DNA from: Promethearchaeota archaeon
GTDB lineage: Archaea > Asgardarchaeota > Lokiarchaeia > Sigyniarchaeales > SOKP01
Direction of reading: 5' to 3'
DNA length: 64,000 bases
NCBI GenBank assembly: GCA_019058295.1
Contig: JAHPZI010000017.1
Location: forward strand, 1-64,000
Below the pieces are notes generated by a model. It did no database searches, had not been told where the DNA came from, and saw only the letters and a program-made list of their open reading frames with translations. The position numbers and the translations under genes are program-made. Shown here in pieces: positions 50,519 through 60,820 of the stretch; the stretch's first letter is position 1, and every line of letters begins with the position of its first letter.

Positions 50519-50570
50519 TAATACGCAAATTGAAATAATTACATAAATGAATATTTACTAAGGTGAAATT

Positions 50571-51074
50571 ATGGTTTCAGTAGAAGAAGGTTTAAATGAA
50601 GCATTTGCAGGTGAGAGCCAAGCAAATAGAAAATATTTAGCCTTTGCAGAAAAAGCAGATAAAGATGGATTTCCTCAAGTGGCGAAATTATTCCGGGCGG
50701 CTGCCGCAGCTGAGACTGTACACGCTCATAATCATTTACGGGCGTTAGGTGGTATTAAGTCTACATTGGAAAACTTAAAAGCCGCAGTTGAGGGAGAGCA
50801 TTATGAATTCACTTCTATGTATCCCGAATTTATTGAAGCTGCTAAAGCAGAAGGCAATAAGGCTGCTGAAAGAACTTTCAATTTCGCAAATGAAGTTGAA
50901 AAAATCCACCATAAACTATATGAAAATGCAGTAAAAACAGTAGAAAGTGGTAAAGATTTAGAAGCAGAAGAAATTCATATTTGTCCGGTCTGTGGTTACA
51001 CGCATTCAGGGGAATTACCAGACAAATGCCCCGTATGCGGAGCTTTAAAGAAAGTATTTAAAAAGATCGAATAG
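50571..51074 (+). CDS. rbr: Rubrerythrin
   Basis: AFAGESQANRKY, AETVHA, EKIH and CPVCG...CPVCG motifs. Confidence 0.93.
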   Translation: MVSVEEGLNEAFAGESQANRKYLAFAEKADKDGFPQVAKLFRAAAAAETVHAHNHLRALGGIKSTLENLKAAVEGEHYEFTSMYPEFIEAAKAEGNKAAERTFNFANEVEKIHHKLYENAVKTVESGKDLEAEEIHICPVCGYTHSGELPDKCPVCGALKKVFKKIE

Positions 51075-51091
51075 ATCTTCTTTTTTTTTTA

Positions 51092-53479
51092 TTAAGAGGG
51101 ATTATTCAGGTTTCTCTTATTTGTAGGATAACCTTTTTTATGCCAATTTAACATTCCACCAGATAGATTTCGAAGATCTTTAAATCCAGCTTGGGCTAAT
51201 AACCTCGCTGCCATCATAGAACGAGCTCCACTATGACAAATTAGCACAATCTCATCATTTTTATAATCATCAACCCTATTAAGATTTGACATAAGGTCTC
51301 CTAATGGAATTAACTCCGTTTCTACAATATGACCCCCCACACCATTATATTCTTCAGGTGTTCGGACATCTATTAAAACCGCTGGTTTATCTTCCGAATT
51401 AAGTCTTTGATATAATTCCTCTACTGTAATATCTGAAATGGGAGGTGCCTCTAGAGGTCTTAATTCTTTTCTTGTTTTTTTCTTGGCTTTAATAGGAGCG
51501 CTAATCTCATCAACAGAGAGCTCTCCTTTTTGAAGGGTTGCGACTATTTTTCCTTCTTCTTTACCTAAATATAATAATTCGACCGCCTCATTAAGCTTAG
51601 CATAAGCTTCTACACTTGATTTAAAACCCGGATCCGTAGCATAAATCTTTAATTTTTTGTTTTCAGGAAGAGTTTCTAAAGATTTTATTAAAGCGTTTAA
51701 AGGACCAGGGCAGGATAATCCACATGCATCTGTAATTACATAATTATCATCTTCAATAGATTTTTCCTTTACAAATTCCTCCATTATTTCACTTGGAGCA
51801 CCGCAGGCAGCCACAATTTCTTCTGTAGTAGCAGACGCAATTTCGTAAGTTTTAAATCCTCCTGTTAAATCAAATACTTCTTTATACCCGTGTTGTAATA
51901 ATATTCGAGTAGCTAGATAGCTCCTATACCCCACTTCACAAAATGTTATTATAGGCTTTCCGTTTGGAATCTCATTTAATCGGTTTCTTAGTTCTTCTAA
52001 GGGGATATTTATAGCTCCTTCAATAGTCCTTGCTTTAAATTCTTCAGGAGTTCTCACATCTAATATGATATTATCTTTTCCTTTAAGCTTATCTATATCG
52101 TGCCAGTGCCAAATAGGCATATCATTTTTCAAGTAATTGGCTGCAATGAAACCTGCCATATTTACCGGATCTTTCGCAGAACCATAAGGTGGAGCATAAG
52201 TTAATTCTAATTCTTCTAAATCAAATACGGTACCTCCCATTTTAATGATTGTGGAAATAACGTCAATTCTTTTTTCACTTCCAGAACCGCCTACAATCTG
52301 AGCTCCTAAAACTTTTCCTGAAGGTACTTCAAATAATAATTTAAATGCCATTGGAACTGCTCCAGGATAATACCCTGCGTGATTATTCGGATGTAAATAT
52401 ATTTTTTCATAATTTAAATCCGTATTTTTTAATTGTTTTTCCGTTAGACCAACTGTAGCTACGGTGATATCAAAAACCTTTACAACTGAAGCCCCCAAAA
52501 TTCCATTATATTGAGACTTTCTTCCTGCTATATTATCTGCTGCAATCCTTCCTTGTTTATTAGCTGGACCCGCTAATGCCATTGATATTGGCTTTTTAGT
52601 TTGATAATGTAATACTTGAACAGCATCACCAACCGCATAAATATTTGGATCTGAGGTTAGCATGCTCCCATTAACAATGATATATCCTCGTTCCCCTAAT
52701 TCAAGACCTGCCTCTCTTGCCAAAGTATTTTCTGGTCGAATTCCTACTGACATTATTATTAAATTTGTATCGATCGTACGTCCATTTTTAGTCTTTACAA
52801 TTATGATTCCATCTGAATCTCGCTCAAAAGAATCCACAGGGTCCTCCAACACTAAACAAACTCCATTCAAGATTAATTCTTGATGGATAAATTGAGCCAT
52901 CTCCCTATCTAAAGGCGGCATTACTTGATCGAGCATCTCTACGATTTTTACCTTAATACCTTTTTTAACTAAGTTCTCAACCATCTCCAATCCAATAAAA
53001 CCTCCTCCTATTACAACTGCTTTTTTAATTTGAGAATTATCAACAAATTTTCGAATTTTAACGGCATCTGGAATTGTCCATAATTGATAATATGGTACTT
53101 CTTCAAGACCAGGAAAAGGAGGAAGGATCGGAATTGAACCTGTAGCTAAAATAAGATAATTATATTCTAAATCATAGGCATCATGATTCTCTAAATTTCT
53201 CACTTCAACAGTTTTATTCTCTCGATCTATTGAAATTACTTCGTTATTTACTCTAACATCTATATTAAATCTATCTAAAAATGTCTGAGGAGTAACTAAT
53301 TCTAAGGAACCTTGATCTTTTATCACATTGCCCACATAATATGGTAGTCCACAATTAGCAAAAGATACATATGGACCACGATCAAGCATAATTATTTCGA
53401 TATCTTCTTTAAGGCGTCTTAATCGAGCAGCAGCGGATGCTCCACCAGCAACACCACCAATAATTACTACTCTTTCCAT
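51092..53479 (-). CDS. CoA-disulfide/persulfide reductase fused to rhodanese, TusA-like and second rhodanese domains
   Basis: SFANCGLPY and YAPP motifs; DVRTPEE...FCEVGYRS; DACGLSCPGP; DVRTPEE...ICHSGARS. Confidence 0.9.
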   Translation of the reverse strand: MERVVIIGGVAGGASAAARLRRLKEDIEIIMLDRGPYVSFANCGLPYYVGNVIKDQGSLELVTPQTFLDRFNIDVRVNNEVISIDRENKTVEVRNLENHDAYDLEYNYLILATGSIPILPPFPGLEEVPYYQLWTIPDAVKIRKFVDNSQIKKAVVIGGGFIGLEMVENLVKKGIKVKIVEMLDQVMPPLDREMAQFIHQELILNGVCLVLEDPVDSFERDSDGIIIVKTKNGRTIDTNLIIMSVGIRPENTLAREAGLELGERGYIIVNGSMLTSDPNIYAVGDAVQVLHYQTKKPISMALAGPANKQGRIAADNIAGRKSQYNGILGASVVKVFDITVATVGLTEKQLKNTDLNYEKIYLHPNNHAGYYPGAVPMAFKLLFEVPSGKVLGAQIVGGSGSEKRIDVISTIIKMGGTVFDLEELELTYAPPYGSAKDPVNMAGFIAANYLKNDMPIWHWHDIDKLKGKDNIILDVRTPEEFKARTIEGAINIPLEELRNRLNEIPNGKPIITFCEVGYRSYLATRILLQHGYKEVFDLTGGFKTYEIASATTEEIVAACGAPSEIMEEFVKEKSIEDDNYVITDACGLSCPGPLNALIKSLETLPENKKLKIYATDPGFKSSVEAYAKLNEAVELLYLGKEEGKIVATLQKGELSVDEISAPIKAKKKTRKELRPLEAPPISDITVEELYQRLNSEDKPAVLIDVRTPEEYNGVGGHIVETELIPLGDLMSNLNRVDDYKNDEIVLICHSGARSMMAARLLAQAGFKDLRNLSGGMLNWHKKGYPTNKRNLNNPS

Positions 53480-53605
53480 ATTAAATAACCATAAAAATAG
53501 GATTATATTAAAATATAATTATTATAATTAATTAATGAAGAAAAAAAAAAATCTTTTTAATTCACTTCTAATCAAGAATTATTGGTATTTCTACTAATAA
53601 TTAAA

Positions 53606-54409
53606 TTACCCTCTATAATCTAAATGGATAACAGCGTCAACGAACAATTCATAGTTTTCATCTTCATCAAAATCATGTATAACTACTTTTTCAACTTCAT
53701 CAAGTTCTCCTTTAACTTCTAATAATTCAGATTGGAACAAAATTTTTACATCCGACTTTTTCAATTCTTTCGCTAATTCTTCTCTTCCAGGAACCCCTTT
53801 AGAAGAAGTGACAACAATTACTCTCCCTGTATATTCAGTTAATTTCATTGCTAGAGCTAAAGAAGCATCTCCAGAATCTACAATTAAAATTCTTTTATCT
53901 CTTAATTCCTCTAGATTATCAGGTCTATTTTTATAAACTCCTTTACCTAGAAATTCATCAAATCCAAGAATAACACTAATCTCTATTTGGCAAGTTGTTG
54001 GAACATTAACTTCAGGTTCTGTACCTTCACGATAATTACGAATTGCTGCTTGTAAAGCGTCAGCAGCTAAATTTGAACAATGCATTTTAATCGGAGGTAA
54101 TCCTTCAAGCTCCTCAGCCACATCCTGTCTAGTTATCTTATAGGCTTCATCAAGTGTCTTCCCCTTTGCCATCTCTGTAATCATTGATGATGTAGCAACC
54201 GCAGAACCACATCCAAATGTTTTGAACTTAATATCATCTATGATCTCTTCTCCATCTTGATTCTTTCCAACTTTTATATACATAAACATAAGATCTCCGC
54301 AAACAGGATTTCCAACTTTTCCAAATCCATCAGCATCTTCAATTTCTCCCATATTTCTAGGATTCCTAAAATGATCCAGAACTTTTTCAGAATAACTTGT
54401 TGATTTCAT
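53606..54409 (-). CDS. iscU: IscU/NifU Fe-S scaffold with a C-terminal thioredoxin-reductase-like Rossmann domain
   Basis: GNPVCGD, FGCGSA and KMHCSNL motifs. The ~130-aa extension resembles the TrxB NADPH domain. Confidence 0.88.
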   Translation of the reverse strand: MKSTSYSEKVLDHFRNPRNMGEIEDADGFGKVGNPVCGDLMFMYIKVGKNQDGEEIIDDIKFKTFGCGSAVATSSMITEMAKGKTLDEAYKITRQDVAEELEGLPPIKMHCSNLAADALQAAIRNYREGTEPEVNVPTTCQIEISVILGFDEFLGKGVYKNRPDNLEELRDKRILIVDSGDASLALAMKLTEYTGRVIVVTSSKGVPGREELAKELKKSDVKILFQSELLEVKGELDEVEKVVIHDFDEDENYELFVDAVIHLDYRG

Positions 54410-55603
54410 TTAATTATTCACCTCATTATATTTTTTTAATAAATCTGGAGGTGTCAGAGGAGATAATATTCTCAACCTTTTAATGACATCTGGTAATACA
54501 TCTATAGCTTTATCAATATCAGATTCTTTTGTAAATCTCCCTAACGTAAATAATAAGCTCCCATGGGCTTCTTCATGTAATAAACCCATTGCTATTAACG
54601 TATGGGATGCTTCTAAAGTTTTAGATGAGCAAGCAGACCCGGTTGCACCACCAACACCTTGATCTCTTAATGATAAAATTAAAGATTCACCTTCAATATA
54701 ATCAAACCTAAAATGAGCATTATTAGGCAGTCGTTTCTCAGGATGACCATTTAAGTGGGATTTTGGAATCGAATTAAGAACTCCATTTATTAATTTATCA
54801 CGCAGAATTTTTAAACGGGCTGATTCACTATGAATTTCTTTTTTCATTATTTCAGCTGCTTTTGCAAAGCCTACTATCCCAGGTATATTCTCAGAACCAG
54901 ATCTCATCCCTCTCTCCTGACCCCCTCCAATTAAGATTGGATTAACACGAACTCCCTCTTTCAAGTATAACGCTCCAATACCCCTCGGTCCATAAATATC
55001 GTTTGATGAGAAAGTAATTAAATCAATTGGTACTTTCTGAACATCTATAGGAATAACTGCTTCACTTGCCACCGCATCTGTATGAAATAAAATTTTTTTC
55101 TCAGTAGCGATTTTACTTATTTCCTCTATTGGTTGTAGTGACCCAACTTCATTGCTAGCTGTGGAAATAGAAATCAAAATCGTTTTATCAGTAATAAATC
55201 TTTCCAATTTATCGAGATTTATTATTCCATATTGATCTACAGGGACTCTGCTCACTTTAAATCCTTGTCGTTCTAAATACTTACCGAGGTTCAATATCGA
55301 AATGTGCTCAATCTCTGAAATTATTATGTGATCTCCTTTTCTTTTATTTCTCAAGGCTGAGCCAATTAAAGCTAAGTTATTAGATTCAGTAGCACCTGAA
55401 GTGAATAAGATATCTGAGGATTTAGGGGCGTTTATAAAATCTGCAACTTTTTTGCGTGCCTTTTCTAAAGTCTCAGTGGCAATATCTCCATCTCCATGAA
55501 GCGATGAAGGATTTGCGAATTTTTTATTAAAATAAGGCAACATCTCTTCAATCACTCTATCATCCACTGGTTTTGCTGCTTGGTAATCTAAATAAACACT
55601 CAT
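54410..55603 (-). CDS. iscS: Cysteine desulfurase-family protein (IscS-like; PLP-binding Lys replaced by Asp)
   Basis: NPSS.H, FTSGATES, HTDA and GSACSS motifs. SSNDIYGP replaces the usual S.HK.YGP. Confidence 0.88.
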   Translation of the reverse strand: MSVYLDYQAAKPVDDRVIEEMLPYFNKKFANPSSLHGDGDIATETLEKARKKVADFINAPKSSDILFTSGATESNNLALIGSALRNKRKGDHIIISEIEHISILNLGKYLERQGFKVSRVPVDQYGIINLDKLERFITDKTILISISTASNEVGSLQPIEEISKIATEKKILFHTDAVASEAVIPIDVQKVPIDLITFSSNDIYGPRGIGALYLKEGVRVNPILIGGGQERGMRSGSENIPGIVGFAKAAEIMKKEIHSESARLKILRDKLINGVLNSIPKSHLNGHPEKRLPNNAHFRFDYIEGESLILSLRDQGVGGATGSACSSKTLEASHTLIAMGLLHEEAHGSLLFTLGRFTKESDIDKAIDVLPDVIKRLRILSPLTPPDLLKKYNEVNN

Positions 55604-55679
55604 TTTATCATCCTTCTTTCATTATTTTAATAATCATTATATGAATTAATAAAAAAAATTTTTATTAGAAATTTATTAA

Positions 55680-56036
55680 TTAAAACCATTGAGTAGCGTC
55701 ATTCTCTAAAACTAAATCGTTTAGAGTAGCTGCTCCTACAATTTTTACACCTGGAATTAAATCAACTTTCTCCCAGCCCAACATTCTTTTTGAAGCCTCA
55801 CAAACTAAAATCTCTATGCCAGCTTCCATAGTTTTATCAATCATTTCTTTAACAGATGGAAAATCACCCAATTTTATTTTTTCGGCCTCCCCTGGTTTTA
55901 ATATTTTTAAACCTGTCCCTAAATAATAAACTGTTGCATCAATGTCCATAGCTTTTGCTGTCTGTGCCAACACTAGCGGAGAATATTGACGTTCAGGATC
56001 GTCAGTTGTTTGTACATACAATATACTTTTTCCCAT
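55680..56036 (-). CDS. DsrE/DsrF-like sulfur-relay protein
   Basis: PLVLAQTA.AMD, G.EI.VCEAS and GAATL motifs. Confidence 0.82.
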   Translation of the reverse strand: MGKSILYVQTTDDPERQYSPLVLAQTAKAMDIDATVYYLGTGLKILKPGEAEKIKLGDFPSVKEMIDKTMEAGIEILVCEASKRMLGWEKVDLIPGVKIVGAATLNDLVLENDATQWF

Positions 56037-56053
56037 TTTATATCACTCCTATT

Positions 56054-56317
56054 TTATTTTTTTTTCTTGAAAATGAATGTTAGAATATCGTCCTCCTTTC
56101 TAAAATCTAAAAGTTCTGTCTCAGTTCTTTTAGCCCATCTTTTCAAATCTTCTTCAGCAGCAGGATCGTCAGCAATAACTTTAAAACACTGACCAATTTC
56201 AAGCGTTTCAGATAGATTTCTTACTTCAAATAAAGGTTCTGGACAATATAATCCAGTTGTATCTAACTCCTTTTCAATTTCATTCTTTTCCTTATCACTC
56301 AATTTTTTCAACCTCAC
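56054..56317 (-). CDS. tusA: TusA-family sulfur carrier
   Basis: LDTTGLYCPEP and ADDPAA..D...W motifs. Confidence 0.88.
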   Translation of the reverse strand: MRLKKLSDKEKNEIEKELDTTGLYCPEPLFEVRNLSETLEIGQCFKVIADDPAAEEDLKRWAKRTETELLDFRKEDDILTFIFKKKK

Positions 56318-56559
56318 TTTTTATTATTACTACGAAAATTTCTTACTCTTTATTGATTTCGTATATTAGAAAGGATCTTTCTTGTTATATATACTGTCAC
56401 TATTCAGATCTTTTACTAAAAAAATAAATGTTGTTCTTATAATTTAGTTAAAATAAAGAATAATTGAAGAATTAGAATAAAGTAATTTTAAAAAGAGTTT
56501 TATAATTTATAAACTTCGAAAAAAATATGTTAAAAGACCTTGAAATTAAAATAGAGATT

Positions 56560-57396
56560 TTAAGTTAAATATTGTTTTAATAATTGAAATCTTTTTTCTC
56601 TTGATATTCTATTTCTTACAGGATTCCAATTTCCATACAATTCTTCATGAAAAGTGGGTTTTTTAATTCTATAAAATATACCAATTGGCAGTTTATCTTT
56701 TCTTTTGACATTTTTCATCGCCTCATCAAAAGATTTCGGTTCTTTTTCAAGTATTTCAGTATTCTCTCGATAGAATTGCCAAGTGTCATTATATGCAACA
56801 GTAGGTTGTAAAATTTCTATGAATGAAAAACCTTTATGCTCAATAGCTTTTACCATAATATCTGTGAGATGTGCTTGTTTTCCTGGAAATCCTCTAGCAA
56901 TGAATGTGGCACCTGCTTCTAGCATAATTGCTAGAGCATTTAAGGGTTCTTCAACACTTCCTTTGGGAGTAGAGGGACCTTTCCACCCTTTTTCTGAAAG
57001 AGGTGTATATTGACCTGTTGTTAAAGCATAAACACCATTATTATGCAAAATTAGAGTCATATCAAAGTTTCTTTTCGCGGCAAATATCGTGTGTGCAAGT
57101 CCTTCTCCCATCGCGTTTCCATCACCCGAAAATGTTATAACATTTAATTCGGGATTCGCAATTTTCATTCCTTGGATCGTTGCAATATCTCTCCCATGTA
57201 GTGAATATAGACCACTTATATTCAAATAATCAAAAATCTTAGCATGACATCCAATTCCCGCGGAAATTACAATATATTCTCTATTAATCCCTTTTTCCTC
57301 TAATTTTACAATCGCTTTTTTAAAAGCGTTTAAAATTCCGAAATTCCCACAACCAGGACACCATGTATTTTCAGCATATGTATCTAACGTGTTCAT
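56560..57396 (-). CDS. korB: 2-oxoacid:ferredoxin oxidoreductase beta subunit
   Basis: TWCPGCG, GIGC, LHGR, GDG and N.VYALT.GQ motifs. Confidence 0.9.
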   Translation of the reverse strand: MNTLDTYAENTWCPGCGNFGILNAFKKAIVKLEEKGINREYIVISAGIGCHAKIFDYLNISGLYSLHGRDIATIQGMKIANPELNVITFSGDGNAMGEGLAHTIFAAKRNFDMTLILHNNGVYALTTGQYTPLSEKGWKGPSTPKGSVEEPLNALAIMLEAGATFIARGFPGKQAHLTDIMVKAIEHKGFSFIEILQPTVAYNDTWQFYRENTEILEKEPKSFDEAMKNVKRKDKLPIGIFYRIKKPTFHEELYGNWNPVRNRISREKRFQLLKQYLT

Positions 57397-57397
57397 T

Positions 57398-59053
57398 TTA
57401 AATTACCTCCTTAATTTTTTTAGCTAATTCGATTGGATCAAATGGACGTCCATCATATTTGTTAATTAGATTTTTGCTCTTAATATTTGCTTTTTCTTTT
57501 AAAAGTGAAGTGAATTGTCCCATTTTGCTCAGTTCTATGGTTATCACGGGCTCATCTTTATATCTTTCCAATTCCCATACCGGGAAGGGTCTAAGATATA
57601 TTGGCTGTATTATAGTCGCTTCAATGTCTCCATAGTGAAGAGCTTCTAACACGCTCATTGTAGTTGAACCATACGTAAAAATTAAAGGTCCCCCGTTTCC
57701 ATATACATTTACCGTTTTTAGTTGCTTTAAAAAATCAATAATATGCATATCTTTTTTATACCTTTTATTATGCATTTTTGTTATTAGTTCGGGATTTTCA
57801 GTAGTTATCCCTAACTCATCATGTTCATAACTATTCCATTTAATTACGTTCTTTGAGGGTGGAAATAACAATGGGGAAATTCCATCTTCCGTATCTAGAT
57901 ATCTTTTGTAATTACCATTTTTATGATATTTTGGTTCTGCCCATTTTGTATTCTCCATGTTAATATCAACTGTCATACTACTCTCGGATAGATGTTTTTC
58001 AGTTAATAGAATCCCAGGAGTTTGAAATTTCCAAACAAGATCAAGCATTTCTGCTGATAGATAAAAAGCCTCTTTTACTGAACAGGGACAGGCTACAATT
58101 CTTAAAAATTCGCCATGTCCAACATTTAGAGCAAAATTTAAATCACCTTGCTCTGTATAGGTTGGTACACCAGTAGCAGGTCCAGGTCTCATAGATAAGA
58201 CGCATAATACAGGCGCTTCAGTCATCCCTGCCAACGAGAAACCTTCGCTCATGAGAGCAAACCCCCCTCCACTTGACCCCACCATAGCTTTAGCTCCAGC
58301 AAAAGCAGAGCCAATTGCCATATTAATCACAGCAATTTCATTCTCCGGATGTACTATAGCTAAACCAAATTTATCTGTTTGAGACGCAAGTGTGTGTAGA
58401 ATTGAGGAGGCTGGAGTCATAGGATACCCAAAATAGACATCTAAACCCCCAGCAATAGCTCCAAAAGCTATCGATTGATTTCCAGTTAGAATAGGTCTTT
58501 TTTTATCTCCATTTTCAATCTCAAATTTATTATTTAATTTAGGAAAAACATAATCATAAATAAAATTCGCAAACGAGATGTTATCTTCTACAAAATGAGG
58601 ATATTCTCTTTTAATAATTTCATTCAAATCATTTTTACTAATTCCTATCGAACACGCTAAAATAGCAACTGCTCCCACACCATATAAAAGATTTTTTGCA
58701 GGAAATTTTTTAGCTTCGCTATAAAAAGGAACACCAATTCCTTCAGCATTGTCAATTTCATCAGAATTATAAATAATGAGACCATTTTTATCGAGCTCAT
58801 CAGCATGCATCTCATAACTTCTCTTATCAGAATTAATAATTAAATCTGCTTTCATATAATGACTATATATATCACGTGTAGCAGTGCTTATAACCGAGAA
58901 ATTATGTCCTCCTCTTATTAAACTCATATAGTCATCCATCTGAAATACTTGTCTTCCTCTCTCAATAAAAATTTGAGAAGCAACAGAAGCAGCCTTTTTC
59001 ACACCCTCTCCAGCTTTACCTCCTACGATAAATGTAAAGATATTTTTTTTAAT
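57398..59053 (-). CDS. korA: 2-oxoacid:ferredoxin oxidoreductase alpha subunit (gamma-alpha fusion); probable ATT start at 59053
   Basis: The conserved N-terminal GG.AGEGV motif lies upstream of the ORF-track GTG. YPMTP, ENEIA, SGGGF.LM.E and RPGPATG motifs. GGTGA SD sits 6 nt before the ATT. Confidence 0.88.
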   Translation of the reverse strand: MKKNIFTFIVGGKAGEGVKKAASVASQIFIERGRQVFQMDDYMSLIRGGHNFSVISTATRDIYSHYMKADLIINSDKRSYEMHADELDKNGLIIYNSDEIDNAEGIGVPFYSEAKKFPAKNLLYGVGAVAILACSIGISKNDLNEIIKREYPHFVEDNISFANFIYDYVFPKLNNKFEIENGDKKRPILTGNQSIAFGAIAGGLDVYFGYPMTPASSILHTLASQTDKFGLAIVHPENEIAVINMAIGSAFAGAKAMVGSSGGGFALMSEGFSLAGMTEAPVLCVLSMRPGPATGVPTYTEQGDLNFALNVGHGEFLRIVACPCSVKEAFYLSAEMLDLVWKFQTPGILLTEKHLSESSMTVDINMENTKWAEPKYHKNGNYKRYLDTEDGISPLLFPPSKNVIKWNSYEHDELGITTENPELITKMHNKRYKKDMHIIDFLKQLKTVNVYGNGGPLIFTYGSTTMSVLEALHYGDIEATIIQPIYLRPFPVWELERYKDEPVITIELSKMGQFTSLLKEKANIKSKNLINKYDGRPFDPIELAKKIKEVI

Positions 59054-59466
59054 AAGGTTTCACCAAAACATTTTATTTTCTAACTTACTGAATAAGATTA
59101 ATATATATTTAATATGAGCGAATTTAAAATTGAACCTTATTAATTAAAGGAATTTTTAACCAGTAAAGCTAAAACTATAAAAAGAATAAGAAAATCTCTT
59201 TTCTTTAATTTTTTAGAATTTATAGATTCAACTAAGATAATAGATAATTTAGCAGAATTATATTTTAGTAAATTTAATTATAAGAAGATAATTCGCATTT
59301 TACTTATATCATTTTAAATAAAACACTAATTTTTCAATATTTTATGAAGGAGAAATTTAAGAATTTGAATTTACTCCTATAAATTAAGTAAAATTTGTAA
59401 AACTTGGGGTGTAATAATCGTGGAATATATTAAAGAAAATAAAAATTTAATAATTGAGGTGATATT

Positions 59467-59637
59467 ATTATTAAAAAAGCAGAACAAACTGTATCAAAGA
59501 AAGGGCACTTTATTGACTCTTATTGCTCAAATTTAAAAGAATGCATTCAAAGAAATGAATTTCTTAAAAAATTTCGGGAAGAATTAGTAAAAAAGAAGCA
59601 TGATAACCTTTTTAAAGTAAAACAAGATGCTTCATAA
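59467..59637 (+). CDS. Putative small protein, ATT start
   Basis: GAGGTGA SD, then ATT ATT AAA AAA GCA: IKKAEQTVSKKGHFIDSYCSNLKECIQRNEFLKKFREEL... A competing short GTG ORF begins at 59420 in another frame. Confidence 0.4.
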   Translation: MIKKAEQTVSKKGHFIDSYCSNLKECIQRNEFLKKFREELVKKKHDNLFKVKQDAS

Positions 59638-59677
59638 TTCCCGAAATAATCTACTTTTGAAAATCATTGAGATTTGA

Positions 59678-59935
59678 TTAGGGTTTAAGTGATTTTCTTA
59701 GATCAATTCCAGAAATATCATCTTTTAAAACAGTATATTTTTTTAGAAATATAGCTATAGCATGTAAATAATCCCAATCTAAATCGATAAACTGTTCACA
59801 GACCGAACAATAATAATTTACAGTACTATTAAATTTAATTAGTTTAGGATGAAGTCTTCTAAAACAATAAGGACAAAGTTTAGGCTTTGAATCGTGAGCT
59901 TCAATTATTTTTTTAACTTTTTCCAATTCTGACAT
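59678..59935 (-). CDS. Small zinc-finger protein
   Basis: CPYC...YYCSVC motif. Confidence 0.7.
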   Translation of the reverse strand: MSELEKVKKIIEAHDSKPKLCPYCFRRLHPKLIKFNSTVNYYCSVCEQFIDLDWDYLHAIAIFLKKYTVLKDDISGIDLRKSLKP

Positions 59936-60067
59936 ATTTCAATCACTACTTTATTAAAAAGATGTAAAACTAATAAACTATTAAGTACAAGATTTTTAAT
60001 GATTCAATTTATTTTTTAATAAACTATTTTAGATTTTTAATTAGGATTTAATTTAATCGTGTTTATT

Positions 60068-60805
60068 ATGTCTAAAAGTAAAAAAAATGCGATCCCTATA
60101 GGAAACGCAATTGAAAGCGAAAAGATTTCAAAAACTTATATCTCAGGAGAAATCGAAGTTCAAGCCTTAAAAAATTTGAATTTTGTCGTAAAAAATGGAG
60201 AAAGGTTGGTAATTTTAGGACCCTCAGGGTCAGGTAAAACAACTCTATTAAACTTACTTGGAGGCATAACGAGTCCTGATGAAAAAGAGGGCTCTTTGAG
60301 TATTTTTGGAGATTTAATTCAAAATTATAATCAAAAGCAATTAACTAATTATCGAAGAGAACGTGTTGGTTTTATATTCCAATTTTTTAATTTATTCCCC
60401 TCACTCAATGCTCTGGATAATGTTATAATAGGTATAGATCTTCTCAAAAAAAAGTTAAAAAGTAATTTAGATACCCTAGAAATTGCGACTGATTATTTAG
60501 AGAAGGTTGGATTAGGAGAGAGATTGTTTCACTATCCTTCTCAGCTTAGTGGAGGAGAACAACAAAGAGTTGCAATTGCAAGAGCGTTAGCAAAAATACC
60601 TTTTGTAGGGAGGAATTTTCTTCTATTATGTGATGAACCTACGGGAAATTTAGATACAGAGACAAGCGATAAAATTTTAGATTTAATGATTGAATTAAAT
60701 AAAAATGAAGGCATTACTTGCTTAATAGTAACACATAATTTGTACATTGCCGAAAAATTCTCAACTAAAATTCTCAAATTAAAAGATGGAATTATACAAC
60801 AATAA
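60068..60805 (+). CDS. ABC transporter ATP-binding protein (LolD/MacB type)
   Basis: GPSGSGKTT, LSGGEQQRVAIARAL, DEPTGNLD and VTH motifs. Confidence 0.93.
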   Translation: MSKSKKNAIPIGNAIESEKISKTYISGEIEVQALKNLNFVVKNGERLVILGPSGSGKTTLLNLLGGITSPDEKEGSLSIFGDLIQNYNQKQLTNYRRERVGFIFQFFNLFPSLNALDNVIIGIDLLKKKLKSNLDTLEIATDYLEKVGLGERLFHYPSQLSGGEQQRVAIARALAKIPFVGRNFLLLCDEPTGNLDTETSDKILDLMIELNKNEGITCLIVTHNLYIAEKFSTKILKLKDGIIQQ

Positions 60806-60820
60806 AAATTAAATGATAAA

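Noticed and set aside
59065-59400. Long AT-rich intergenic region considered as an ncRNA or replication origin
   Set aside because: No stable GC-rich stems, ORB-like repeats or adjacent cdc6 were seen.
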